Assembly (NCBI GenBank): GCA_963934015.1
Contig: CAWVWT010000002.1
Coordinates: forward strand, 81,399 to 145,398
DNA from: an uncultured Candidatus Poseidoniales archaeon
Lineage (GTDB): Archaea; Thermoplasmatota; Poseidoniia; Poseidoniales; Thalassarchaeaceae
Length of the DNA: 64,000 nucleotides
Reading direction: 5' to 3'
This document shows positions 10,629-20,251 of this stretch, piece after piece. The first letter of the stretch is position 1, and every line of letters starts with the position of its first letter. The position numbers and the translations under genes are program-made. Under the pieces are notes generated by a model. That model worked only from the letters and a program-made list of their open reading frames with translations, ran no database searches and was not told where the DNA came from.

Positions 10629-11219
10629 ATGTCCGGAGACACCTTTGATTTCAGTGAGTTTATGGACGGCTATATCGCCGACCTATCACGTGCACTCAGC
10701 GCTCTCTCTCGCGAATCAGTTGGTCAACTCTACACTGAAATGCTTCAGGTTATGGATAATGGTGGAAAAGTCCACTTCATCGGAAATGGCGGTTCGGCAG
10801 CGACACCTAGCCACAGTGCTGGAGACTGGAGCAAGGAGTTGGGGTTGCCTACGATTGCACACACTGACAATATCGCGGCCCTAACTGCTTGGGCGAATGA
10901 TACATCTTACGCCAACATATTTGCTGGGCAATTACAAACTTGGCTATCACCTATTGATTTGGTAGTAGGCTACTCCGGTAGTGGCAATTCATCGAATGTA
11001 TTGAATGGAATCGCTTACGCAATGGAACAAAGTGCTCGAACGGTGGGGATTACTGGAAACTACAAGTCTGGAAATGGTGGTGCGCTTGCAGAAATGGTCG
11101 ATGTAGCAATTGTTTGTGACACCACATCAATGGAGAGGATCGAAGACCTACAACTCATTATCAATCACATCGTAAAAGAGGCAGTGAAGGCCAGCCGTGG
11201 TTTGCCGAGTCACTCATGA
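10629..11219 (+). CDS. gmhA: Phosphoheptose (sedoheptulose-7-P) isomerase, SIS domain
   Basis: SIS-domain pattern GNGGSAATPSH..D and overall GmhA-like length. ATG at 10629 (the listed start 10617 is GTG). Confidence 0.7.
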   Translation: MSGDTFDFSEFMDGYIADLSRALSALSRESVGQLYTEMLQVMDNGGKVHFIGNGGSAATPSHSAGDWSKELGLPTIAHTDNIAALTAWANDTSYANIFAGQLQTWLSPIDLVVGYSGSGNSSNVLNGIAYAMEQSARTVGITGNYKSGNGGALAEMVDVAIVCDTTSMERIEDLQLIINHIVKEAVKASRGLPSHS

Positions 11220-11228
11220 GGAGTAGAA

Positions 11229-11858
11229 ATGGACCTCCCACGAAGACACCTTGCCGAAATTGACGCTCCTGTTGAGCCACTCGATGATTGGGATGGTTCA
11301 ATTGCCTATTTAGATCGCGATGGAGTCATCAATATTGGGCGTGAAGATTATGTCAAAAATGTTGCTGAAGTAATTATGTTGGAAGGCGCTGGACACGCGA
11401 TTGCTGCTTTGCGCAGCGCAGGCTTTCGAATTGTGATTGTCACCAATCAATCCCCAGTCAATAGGGGGGTGTTTTCACACGATGATTTGGCAGATATGAA
11501 TCAGTATATCTTGGATGGTCTATTAGAAGAAAATAGCGATGCGCATGTCGATTTAGTACTGTACTCACCATATGCGCCTTGGGAATGCAGCCCGGTCCGG
11601 AAACCTGGACCTGGAATGCTCCAGGTCGGGCGTCAATTGTTGAGTAATTTACCACTTGAGGTGACTACAGATTCTACTTTATTGAGTTGTAAATTTGATG
11701 AAGGGAGATCATTCATGGCGGGAGATCGTAACGCCGATATGGGTGCCGCCCTACAGCATGGTGTCCGCGGATTCAGAGTTGACGCAAGTGTCGGAATTAC
11801 AGGTATCATAAACCGGCTATTAGATGATAACGACGCAGGTGATGCTTTGGAAATATGA
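11229..11858 (+). CDS. gmhB: HAD-family D,D-heptose 1,7-bisphosphate phosphatase-like protein
   Basis: HAD motif I YLDRDGVIN, motif II VTNQS, C-terminal GDRNADM. Directly follows gmhA. Confidence 0.65.
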   Translation: MDLPRRHLAEIDAPVEPLDDWDGSIAYLDRDGVINIGREDYVKNVAEVIMLEGAGHAIAALRSAGFRIVIVTNQSPVNRGVFSHDDLADMNQYILDGLLEENSDAHVDLVLYSPYAPWECSPVRKPGPGMLQVGRQLLSNLPLEVTTDSTLLSCKFDEGRSFMAGDRNADMGAALQHGVRGFRVDASVGITGIINRLLDDNDAGDALEI

Positions 11859-13057
11859 TCGTCGGGGATTCCCCGACATATTGGATTGGCCTAGATGATA
11901 CCGATGAACGGGAATTCGGTTGCACTACGCATGATTTTAACGATTTATTGAATCATTTGACTTCGAACGGGTATACTATTGAAGACCCGCGTCTTGTTAG
12001 ATTATGGCCATTCGCACCTAGGAGGACAAGAGGTAATGCTGCATTGGCAGCCTCCATATCAACGCGAGACAGATCATCCTTAGTAGAGTCTTTAGATGAT
12101 TGGTTCACCACAAGATTTTCGTCACTTCAACCTGGAACTGACACCCATTCTGCCCAACCTGTACTTATTCTATCATCAAAAAAATTGCCTGAATCCATTT
12201 ATTGGAATACCGTAAGGAAATATGTCGAACTTGAAGACAGAGTTTCGGAATTGGTATCATACCCTCATCATATTTGGTCGACACCAGCTGGGATGGGTGG
12301 TTTGATCGGGGCCAGCGCCGCAATAGCGTGGCAAGGCGAAAATGATTTCACCTGGGAATGCACAGCATGGCGGAATGGCACAGGGCAACGACAAATTCCG
12401 GTGAATCTCGTTAAGGAAATGTCACAACAATTTCCGAGTACATTTTTGAATCGAGACCCGACTGCTGGACGTAGCCTTATTGCCCCGCGTACCCCTTGCC
12501 CAGTTCTGTACGGCATCCGGGGCGAATCTAAACAAGATGTCTTGGACGCTCACATATATCTACAGAAAAATGGTGCAGAGGTTTCAGTTGACCATCGAGT
12601 CCATCGGAGCAACCAGGCCACTGATGATCATTTACAAGACTCAGTAATCGGGATGGTCAAAAATATCCGTGTGATGCAAGGGGGTCATGTTGAAATTGAT
12701 ACAGGGCAAAAACTACTGGCTTTTTCTCAAGGTGGGGACATTAACAAATTATCACAAGAACTCATTGAAGGCGACAAAATTCAGTGGCTTGGATTGGAAC
12801 ATAATGATGGCTCATTTCACCTTGAGCGCATCCGATTGGTTGATGGCCAGCGGAATCGTACCCGACCAATTTGTAGTTGTGGACGACGTTACAAATCACA
12901 GGGGAAAAATCAGTCACTAAAATGTCCGAATTGCGGGTCTAAACATGCAGATTTTTGGTGTACTGATAACGTGGATAGTGATTGGAAAGAACCCCCGGCG
13001 TCGCACCGCAGGCATTTGGCCAAACCATTGTCACGGATAGGTAAGTCTGAAATCTAA
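11855..13057 (+). CDS. tiaS: tRNA(Ile2) 2-agmatinylcytidine synthetase TiaS
   Basis: N-terminal IGLDDTDEREFGCTTH kinase-like motif and C-terminal zinc ribbon CSCG..CPNCG. About 400 aa, as for TiaS. The ATG overlaps the gmhB stop. Confidence 0.75.
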   Translation: MIVGDSPTYWIGLDDTDEREFGCTTHDFNDLLNHLTSNGYTIEDPRLVRLWPFAPRRTRGNAALAASISTRDRSSLVESLDDWFTTRFSSLQPGTDTHSAQPVLILSSKKLPESIYWNTVRKYVELEDRVSELVSYPHHIWSTPAGMGGLIGASAAIAWQGENDFTWECTAWRNGTGQRQIPVNLVKEMSQQFPSTFLNRDPTAGRSLIAPRTPCPVLYGIRGESKQDVLDAHIYLQKNGAEVSVDHRVHRSNQATDDHLQDSVIGMVKNIRVMQGGHVEIDTGQKLLAFSQGGDINKLSQELIEGDKIQWLGLEHNDGSFHLERIRLVDGQRNRTRPICSCGRRYKSQGKNQSLKCPNCGSKHADFWCTDNVDSDWKEPPASHRRHLAKPLSRIGKSEI

Positions 13058-13074
13058 GGTGCCATCCACCGGCC

Positions 13075-13326
13075 ATGGAGACCACCGAGATTGGCGCTTA
13101 TGCCATGATAGCTTTGACAATTGGATTATTATTTTTTATCTGGCGTATGCGAATGCGAAATATCGCAAACAATCAGGATGATCCAACCATAGCGGGACAA
13201 GATGTATTGGATGGAGCTGCGATTAATCCCGAACAATTTGAAGAACCAGATGATGACGCGCTGGATGAGATGCAGGATTTACTCGAAAAGGCAGCCGAGT
13301 CACAGGGTCTCACTTACGAGGAGTGA
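13075..13326 (+). CDS. Small single-TM protein with acidic C-terminal tail (hypothetical)
   Basis: ATG start, one N-terminal TM (AYAMIALTIGLLFFIW), D/E-rich tail. No recognisable family. Confidence 0.4.
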   Translation: METTEIGAYAMIALTIGLLFFIWRMRMRNIANNQDDPTIAGQDVLDGAAINPEQFEEPDDDALDEMQDLLEKAAESQGLTYEE

Positions 13327-13879
13327 ATCCCGCATCGGATAGGGTGAATTGTGTCACATTACCATCTATGTGTAATTCACGTATCATCGAATCGATTGAG
13401 CTTCGATGGAGGAACCACGTTTCACATTCGGACAAATCCCCACGTGATTTCCATCCCGAACCACCTGCATCTTCATAGGCGGATGAAATAGCAAGCAACC
13501 CAACATCTGACGACTTGCACTGATTGATTAGGTTGCGCATCGCTTTGAGAAGTGTTGAACTCACCCTACCCGTTTTTGCAGTCCAATCATCTACAACAAC
13601 GAGTTTGATATTTTGCAGAGCCTGTAACAAACCAATTGCGCTTTTAATACCTATTTCGGTATTTTCACCAACAGCACTCAAGTGAAGTTTTGACACTGCA
13701 CTCGGGGAAACATCAGCGAAAATTTGGGAAAATCGAACACTATCTGGAATCTTATCACAAATCCACACGATATGGTTGCCAGTGGCGAGTATTTCCCGTG
13801 CATACTGTAAACCACATGTTGTTCCACCACAACCACCTGCGACCGATAGATGAATACAACCAGAAATAGGTGGCAGCAT
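13310..13879 (-). CDS. RecA/KaiC-fold-like protein with degenerate Walker A (hypothetical)
   Basis: 189 aa. The P-loop position reads AGGCGGTTCG (no Lys). Walker-B-like KLVVVDDW. Size and layout resemble RadB/KaiC-like single-domain proteins. Confidence 0.45.
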   Translation of the reverse strand: MLPPISGCIHLSVAGGCGGTTCGLQYAREILATGNHIVWICDKIPDSVRFSQIFADVSPSAVSKLHLSAVGENTEIGIKSAIGLLQALQNIKLVVVDDWTAKTGRVSSTLLKAMRNLINQCKSSDVGLLAISSAYEDAGGSGWKSRGDLSECETWFLHRSSIDSMIRELHIDGNVTQFTLSDAGFTPRK

Positions 13880-13910
13880 GACCGGTCGTTACGGCCGCGG
13901 TACATGAGGA

Positions 13911-14204
13911 GTGTGGCTACGCAATGGATATACGGCTGACCACATGTGGAGATTCATGGCCAAAGATGCGATCCTCGACCCGGGATTCAATCTCGACAAC
14001 TTGGAACGAATCCCTCGAAGGGACCCTCCTTACTACGATGAGCAGGATGAGGACGTCGGCCTCATCACTGGAATGACAAGGAGTGGTGGCATTTTCCGTG
14101 TGGCATTCCTTGATACAAACCAGTTTGGACCGCACGCCATGATTGTGATGCTTTTTGGATTTGCTGCTATCACCGGCGGCATTCTTTTTGCCCTATCACT
14201 CTAA
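13911..14204 (+). CDS. Small tail-anchored membrane protein (hypothetical)
   Basis: C-terminal TM MIVMLFGFAAITGGILFAL. The listed start is GTG and in-frame ATGs follow, so the start is uncertain. Confidence 0.35.
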   Translation: MWLRNGYTADHMWRFMAKDAILDPGFNLDNLERIPRRDPPYYDEQDEDVGLITGMTRSGGIFRVAFLDTNQFGPHAMIVMLFGFAAITGGILFALSL

Positions 14205-14207
14205 TAA

Positions 14208-15554
14208 TCAGAGTTGAGAACGAGCAGCTGCTACCGCTTCATCGACCAATTCTAATGATACACCGATGTGATTTGCTGGATCAAACATTGCGTCGAGTTG
14301 TAAACTGTCAAAGCGTTGGGTGATTGCTGCAATATTTCCACAAACATCGCGGAGATGACTACCCTCGGAAATACAGGTCATGCTTGCATTGCGGAGAATT
14401 TCATGCGCCTCATCTCTTGGAATTCCAGCGTCGACAAGTTCTATCATCACTTTCTCGGCCATTACAAGCCCATTCTGTCGATCAATATTCAAGCGCATGT
14501 TATCGACATCAACTACACATTTTGCCATGACACGGTTGCATTTTGCCATGATGTCATCGAGCAAAATTGCTGAATGTGAAAGGGTGAATCTCTCAGCACT
14601 ACTATTGGCCAAATCACGCTCGTGCCAAAGCAATGCATTTTCGTATGACGGGATGATGAAGGAGCGAACAATTCTAGCCAACCCACATGCATTCTCAGCA
14701 GTGATTGGATTTCGCTTGTGCGCCATTGTGCTACTTCCAACTTGCTTTTCTGCATCGAACCACTCGCCTACTTCGGCAATTTCGCTGCGTTGAAGGTTAC
14801 GGATTTCTTGCAATAATTTCTCGACACTGGTAGCAACATTTGCCATCCAAGATACCCATTCGATGTACCGGTCACGGCCGACTACTTGTGTAGTAACCAA
14901 TGGCACACTGAGATCTAGGTGGGTCAGAATCAATCGCTGTAACTCACGTGCATCGGTTCCTTGTGCCGCACCGGTGCCCACGGCGCCGAGGAATTTACCG
15001 ACACAAATCCTTTCAGTAATTTCGTCAAGTCTGACATGATGGCGTCGAAACTCATCAACAAATACAGCGATTTTCAATCCAAATGTAATCGGGACTGCAG
15101 CCTGGCCATGGGTTCTCCCCAGCATGACGGTAGCACGCTCGCGTTCGGCTAAATCTGCAAGAGTTGAGATCAGTGTTTCCAGCATTTCCCGATGAATTTC
15201 CACACTATTCTTGATTTGCAGCCCTACAGCGGTATCGACAATATCATTGCTTGTTGCACCGAGGTGGATACACCAACCCGCTTCCCCAGCAGCTTCTGCC
15301 ATAGCTTTGGTTAGTGCCATGATGTCATGACGGGTTTCCCGCTCGATTTCATCGACTCTATCTGCAGTTACCGATACAGGGTTGGAGATGGCAGCCACCG
15401 CCGCATAATGTTCATCGGATACGCGGCCGAGTTGATTGTGGGCCCAAATTAGTGCCCTTTCGACTTCAAGTTGCCTCGCATGCCGCCCTTCTTGACTCCA
15501 TACCAACTTGATTGGCTCACGCCCATATCGATAATCTAGCGGACTTACTGGCAT
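14208..15554 (-). CDS. purB: Adenylosuccinate lyase
   Basis: Fumarate-lyase signature GSSTMAHKRNP; 448 aa with PurB-like termini. Confidence 0.9.
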   Translation of the reverse strand: MPVSPLDYRYGREPIKLVWSQEGRHARQLEVERALIWAHNQLGRVSDEHYAAVAAISNPVSVTADRVDEIERETRHDIMALTKAMAEAAGEAGWCIHLGATSNDIVDTAVGLQIKNSVEIHREMLETLISTLADLAERERATVMLGRTHGQAAVPITFGLKIAVFVDEFRRHHVRLDEITERICVGKFLGAVGTGAAQGTDARELQRLILTHLDLSVPLVTTQVVGRDRYIEWVSWMANVATSVEKLLQEIRNLQRSEIAEVGEWFDAEKQVGSSTMAHKRNPITAENACGLARIVRSFIIPSYENALLWHERDLANSSAERFTLSHSAILLDDIMAKCNRVMAKCVVDVDNMRLNIDRQNGLVMAEKVMIELVDAGIPRDEAHEILRNASMTCISEGSHLRDVCGNIAAITQRFDSLQLDAMFDPANHIGVSLELVDEAVAAARSQL

Positions 15555-15615
15555 TGAACCACCCAGTTGTGGGGCACATGGCGTCGGTTTTGAGGATGTC
15601 GCATTGCGCCACCCA

Positions 15616-16401
15616 TCAAAGTGAGGACAGTTCGGCCCCCCATATGTCTACCCAACCTCTGCGCCCCGTCCAATGAACAGTATGTTGAGTATTGATTTGA
15701 GATGCCATCCATGGGGCGCCAAGAACAGCGGTTTCGAATTCACCACCTTCTCCATCTATATTGAATCTGTATTTGTCTGCTAGAACCTCTAATTCATCAA
15801 TGTCACCCGCGTGTAATATTCGACCTAACCATTCCTCACCCAAGCCTTCTGTGGAAATAGAAGTCAGCATGATGTCATGTCCATGTGAAATCAAATCACG
15901 CATATGAGATAGACCATTATGGTGCCAGAGTGGGCTGAATGATTTGATCTTCAAGCGAGCACACATCTGCTCGATACGGGTTTTTTGGTAATCACTCCGT
16001 ATCGCGCCTACAACGACTCCCTCAATTGGATACGTTGGGCGCAAACGCCGCAAATTTTGTGGCCATTTCCATCCACCTGGCCAATTTGCATCTGTCAATT
16101 CGGTCGCTGACCATGTTTCTGAGCGAGATTTCCGACTCCCATATACTACACTAGTCAACGCGTCTTCGAGTTGGTTCATCTCAACCTCTTCGTCACCTTC
16201 AATCGAAATCGGTAGCCATGGAATATTTGCGCTTGCAGCTTGCAGCCCAACAAGCGCAGTGGTTGGTACTTGAAACATCATTGAATCATCACCTGTCACA
16301 CGTATAGTAACCATCCCGGAAACTTCCCATCCACGCAGTGTTGCCCACCATGTGGCATAAGACGAATCTTTGCCGCCGGATGACAGGACCAGTACCCGCA
16401 T
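15616..16401 (-). CDS. Diphthine-ammonia ligase-like N-type ATP pyrophosphatase (MJ0570/Dph6 family)
   Basis: N-terminal PP-loop VLSSGGKDS and GEGGEFETAVL motif. Confidence 0.75.
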   Translation of the reverse strand: MRVLVLSSGGKDSSYATWWATLRGWEVSGMVTIRVTGDDSMMFQVPTTALVGLQAASANIPWLPISIEGDEEVEMNQLEDALTSVVYGSRKSRSETWSATELTDANWPGGWKWPQNLRRLRPTYPIEGVVVGAIRSDYQKTRIEQMCARLKIKSFSPLWHHNGLSHMRDLISHGHDIMLTSISTEGLGEEWLGRILHAGDIDELEVLADKYRFNIDGEGGEFETAVLGAPWMASQINTQHTVHWTGRRGWVDIWGAELSSL

Positions 16402-16526
16402 GGCTCGCTAGGTACGGTTGAGGTCGATAGACCCGCCGCCCTCTGTGTTGAAGAACCCCCATACGCGCGCAAGGGTTAGCCGACGAAGGTTCAAAGGGGA
16501 CACCGAAGGTCGGCGGAGAGATTCAG

Positions 16527-17252
16527 ATGCAACCAAGCGGAAGAGGATATGACCATGGTATTACGACGTTTAGCCCAGATGGGCGCTTATTTCAGGTAGA
16601 ATATGCCCGGGAATCGGTGAAACGTGGAACGACCACGGCCGGTCTAAAATATCGTGACGGGGTCATATTGGTTGTCGATAAGCGAATTTCCAGCCGATTA
16701 ATCATACCTGAATCGATTGAGAAGGTCTACAAAATCGATGAACACATTGGATTTGCAACTTCGGGCCTTGTTGCTGATGCTAGGCAACTCGTTGACCGTG
16801 CACGTGTGCAGTGTCAGATTAACCGCATTACCTATAGTGACAAGATCCCAGTCGATGCATTGGCTAAGCGAATTTGCGATTTCAAGCAGTCATTCACCCA
16901 ATATGGGGGCTCACGTCCATTTGGCACCGCACTATTGATTGCAGGTGTCGATGAGAATGGCCTACATCTCTATGAAACTGATCCGTCTGGTGCTTACCAA
17001 TCTTATCACGCCGGTGCGATTGGGCGGGGTAGAAACACAGTTGTTGATTATTTTGAGAGCAACTGGAAACCGAACCTTACGCTCAATGCCGGTATCAAGA
17101 TGGGTCTTGAAGCTCTCAGAGAATCTATTGAAGCCAAACTCAACAAGCAAGCAGTTGAAGTTGCAATCATTGATTCAACGGGTTATCGGGTACTTGATCG
17201 TGACGAAACTATTGCACAAATTGACAAACTCAAACCCGCATATGACGAGTGA
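16527..17252 (+). CDS. psmA: Proteasome alpha subunit
   Basis: YDHGITTFSPDGRLFQVEYA N-terminus diagnostic of 20S alpha subunits. Confidence 0.95.
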   Translation: MQPSGRGYDHGITTFSPDGRLFQVEYARESVKRGTTTAGLKYRDGVILVVDKRISSRLIIPESIEKVYKIDEHIGFATSGLVADARQLVDRARVQCQINRITYSDKIPVDALAKRICDFKQSFTQYGGSRPFGTALLIAGVDENGLHLYETDPSGAYQSYHAGAIGRGRNTVVDYFESNWKPNLTLNAGIKMGLEALRESIEAKLNKQAVEVAIIDSTGYRVLDRDETIAQIDKLKPAYDE

Positions 17253-17260
17253 GGTTAGAT

Positions 17261-17950
17261 ATGGTTAGTTTGGATAACGCAGTCGTTGCTCGGTTAGAGA
17301 AAGGCGGAAAGCGCTACGAAATCCTTGTCGATCCCGAATTGGTTGACGGATTCAAAACCGACCCAAACAGTGTCGAACTTGATGATTTACTTGCGACCGA
17401 TGAAATTTGGCACGATGCCCGTGGTGGCGAACGGCCAACCGAAGAAAAAATCAAATCGACATTCGGGACTACCGAGTTACTTGACTGTGTCATCAATATT
17501 TTACACAATGGTTCGATTCAACTTACGACTATACAGCGAAGACAAATGATTGCTGATAAACGGCAACAGATTGTCAGTGAAATTTCAAGAACGGCAATCG
17601 ACCCCCGGAGTAAAGCACCGCACCCTGTAACTCGCATCGAACTAGCTTTGGATGAATTGCGTTGGAACCCAGATCCATTTCTATCCGTGGAGCGTCAAAT
17701 TAAGGACGCAATCACCGCGTTGCGTCCAGTCATCCCACTTTCTTTTGAAACGATAAAATTAGCATTCCGAGTATCCGGCTCCGCCTATGGGTCGGTTCAA
17801 CGCGAAGTCCGAAGTGATGTCATCAAAGAACAGTGGTTGGATAATGGCGACTGGGCCTTTGTTGTTGAAATCCCAGCGGGCATGAAGGGGGAGTACCTTT
17901 CGAAGGTTGCCAAGAGGGACCCAAATACCGAAGTCAAGGAGCTGAATTGA
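17261..17950 (+). CDS. Ribosome maturation protein SDO1/SBDS
   Basis: VARLEKGGKRYEILVDP N-terminal FYSH domain pattern and conserved position after psmA. ATG at 17261 preceded by GAGGT (the listed 17249 is GTG). Confidence 0.85.
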   Translation: MVSLDNAVVARLEKGGKRYEILVDPELVDGFKTDPNSVELDDLLATDEIWHDARGGERPTEEKIKSTFGTTELLDCVINILHNGSIQLTTIQRRQMIADKRQQIVSEISRTAIDPRSKAPHPVTRIELALDELRWNPDPFLSVERQIKDAITALRPVIPLSFETIKLAFRVSGSAYGSVQREVRSDVIKEQWLDNGDWAFVVEIPAGMKGEYLSKVAKRDPNTEVKELN

Positions 17951-18025
17951 CCGCTAGCGCACACCCCTACGGGGTGGGCACCGTTAAAGAGGGGCGTTGG
18001 GTCGGCGGGCCGGAGTGAATACGAT

Positions 18026-18715
18026 ATGAGTGAAGACAGCACCTCTACCGAGCATGACTCGGGTGCTGTGCGGCTTGTCCATCCGGGCGAGCGTGTCGGC
18101 GTGCACGAAGGCGCCGAAGCTGGGCACGGAATACGCCGGATAAACGGTGAACTAGTAGCCATGCGCATGGGAACCTTAAGTGATAATGGAAATACGATTA
18201 GCGTTGATCCTGTGAGCAGCCGATACGTTCCTCGTGCTGGTGATCTTGTCATCGGCCTCGTCGAGGGAATGACGAACAACATCTGGTTCCTCGACATCGG
18301 CGCATCTTTCAATGCTATTCTCCCAATGAGTCTTGCACCATGGAAGGTTGAATTTGGTGCTGTACGCGAACATCTCAATGTTGGCGAAGCCGTACTATGC
18401 CGCGTGCAAGAAGTTGATGAAACACATTCTTCTGTTGCGACAATGAAAGGCATGGGCCTACGGAAACTAAAGTCCGGGCTTCTCGAAGAGATTCCTCCAC
18501 ATATTATTCCTCAAGTCATAGGACAGGGTGGCAGCATGCTGCAGACCCTCAAGGATTTAGGCGACTGCCGGCTTGTCATTGGACAAAATGGCCGTGTCTG
18601 GCTCGATGGCGAGCACGGTGGGATGCACGCTGTACGCGCAGCATTGAAGTTGATTCGTGATACTGCACACCTCCCCGGTTTGAAAGAACGAATCAATGCA
18701 TTGGCGAATGAGTGA
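18026..18715 (+). CDS. rrp4: Exosome complex RNA-binding protein Rrp4 (S1 + KH)
   Basis: S1-like PRAGDLVIGLVEG and KH-like GQGGSMLQTLK motifs. Lies upstream of rrp41/rrp42. Confidence 0.9.
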   Translation: MSEDSTSTEHDSGAVRLVHPGERVGVHEGAEAGHGIRRINGELVAMRMGTLSDNGNTISVDPVSSRYVPRAGDLVIGLVEGMTNNIWFLDIGASFNAILPMSLAPWKVEFGAVREHLNVGEAVLCRVQEVDETHSSVATMKGMGLRKLKSGLLEEIPPHIIPQVIGQGGSMLQTLKDLGDCRLVIGQNGRVWLDGEHGGMHAVRAALKLIRDTAHLPGLKERINALANE

Positions 18716-18737
18716 GTGAGAGTTAGGAAGTGAAATT

Positions 18738-19460
18738 ATGGGATATGAAGATTATCAGTGTATGGATGAAAACGGCATCCGAGAAGATGGCCGTAAGGCG
18801 GACGAAATGCGTCCAGTTGAAATTGAATGTGGAGTTATTCCCGTCGCCGATGGGAGTGCTTACATCAAGTGGGGTAAGAACGAGGCAATTGCTGCAGTTT
18901 ACGGTCCGATGGAAGCACATCCACGAAAGATTCAGCGGCAAGATCGCGCTATTCTTGATGTCCGCTACAACATGGCACCCTTCAGTACCTCTGACCGTAT
19001 TCGGCCAGGGTTCAACCGCCGAAGTCGTGAAATCAGCAAGGTTACTCGAGACGCGCTTGAAAGCGTCGTTAATTTGGAGCTTTACCCGCGAAGTAAAATC
19101 CGCGTTGAAATCGAAATTATCTGTGCGGAAGCAGGTACACGTTGCTGTGGCATCACTGCTGCAAGTGTGGCACTAGCGGATGCAGGTATTCCGATGTCTG
19201 ACATGGTTGTCAGTGTAGCAGCGGGAAAATGCAATGGAATTGTGCTAATGGATTTAAACAAGCCTGAGGACAACTACGGGGAAGCGGATTTACCCATGGG
19301 CATCCTACCGATGACAGATGAACTAGTCTTCCTTCAAATGGATGGCGATCTTAGTATGGACGAATTCCAATTGGCATGGGATTACAATGTCAAGGCTGCA
19401 CATGATGTCCACGAAATCATGGTTGAAGCACTTCAGAAGCGATATGGAGGTGATGTTTGA
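18738..19460 (+). CDS. rrp41: Exosome complex exonuclease Rrp41 (RNase PH domain)
   Basis: REDGRKADEMRPVEIE and GSAYIKWGKN RNase PH motifs. Confidence 0.9.
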   Translation: MGYEDYQCMDENGIREDGRKADEMRPVEIECGVIPVADGSAYIKWGKNEAIAAVYGPMEAHPRKIQRQDRAILDVRYNMAPFSTSDRIRPGFNRRSREISKVTRDALESVVNLELYPRSKIRVEIEIICAEAGTRCCGITAASVALADAGIPMSDMVVSVAAGKCNGIVLMDLNKPEDNYGEADLPMGILPMTDELVFLQMDGDLSMDEFQLAWDYNVKAAHDVHEIMVEALQKRYGGDV

Positions 19461-20251
19461 TGGCTATTCCAATCATACCGAGCCTACTGCGCGATAACCT
19501 TGCAGCACTTGCAGAAGATGATCAGCGACTTGATGGCCGTGCACGATTTGCTGGCCGTGATCTCGAAATCGAAATTGATTGCCTCTATAATGCCGAAGGT
19601 TCGTGCCGAGTTCGCATGGGTGATACAATTGTATTCGCTGGTGTGAAATTTCAAATCATGACCCCTTATCCAGATCGACCTACACAAGGTGGATTGATGA
19701 CGAGTGCGGAGATTCGTCCTGTTTGCGGACCCGGTTGGGAACCAGGTCCCCCCTCTGAAGAAAGTATTGAGATGGGACGAGTTGTAGATCGTGGAATTCG
19801 TGAATCAGGTTGTATCAACACAACGGAATTGTGCATCTTACCTGGTGAAAAGGCATGGCAAGTCATTCTAGATTTATTCGCAATTAGCGATGATGGCAAT
19901 ATGTTTGATGCGTTCGCTTTGGCAGCAATCGCAGCACTGCGAACTGCGACAGTCCCGGCTGAACGATTCGATGTTGGTGAAGACTACAAGTTACCTGTTG
20001 CAGGTACACCCATCATGTGCTCGTATCAGAAAGTTGGTGGACGCTTTGTCTATGATGCCAGCAAGAGAGAAGAACTAGGTGGAGATGAACGTATTCATAT
20101 CACACTGGGTGATGAAGGCCATGTTCACTCTCTGCAGAAGGGTCTAAGAGGAGTTTTCACCGCAGATGAGTTCACAGAGATTATGGACACTGCTCAGTCG
20201 CGTTGTGCTGAACTGCGAGAAATTGTACACAAACTGGAGGAATCACAATGA
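19460..20251 (+). CDS. rrp42: Exosome complex component Rrp42
   Basis: RLDGRARFAGRDLEIE and GSCRVRMGDT RNase-PH-like motifs. ATG at 19460 overlaps the rrp41 stop (the listed 19457 is TTG). Confidence 0.9.
   Translation: MAIPIIPSLLRDNLAALAEDDQRLDGRARFAGRDLEIEIDCLYNAEGSCRVRMGDTIVFAGVKFQIMTPYPDRPTQGGLMTSAEIRPVCGPGWEPGPPSEESIEMGRVVDRGIRESGCINTTELCILPGEKAWQVILDLFAISDDGNMFDAFALAAIAALRTATVPAERFDVGEDYKLPVAGTPIMCSYQKVGGRFVYDASKREELGGDERIHITLGDEGHVHSLQKGLRGVFTADEFTEIMDTAQSRCAELREIVHKLEESQ

Noticed and set aside
17797-18453. 218-aa antisense ORF overlapping the SBDS 3' end and rrp4. Similar long antisense ORFs lie at 44943-45533, 62108-62719 and 1490-2026.
   Set aside because: Each lies opposite a strongly conserved, motif-verified gene (Rrp4, P-type ATPase, PAN, RFC). 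Their translations are low-complexity Ser/Arg/Pro-rich, typical of spurious antisense frames.
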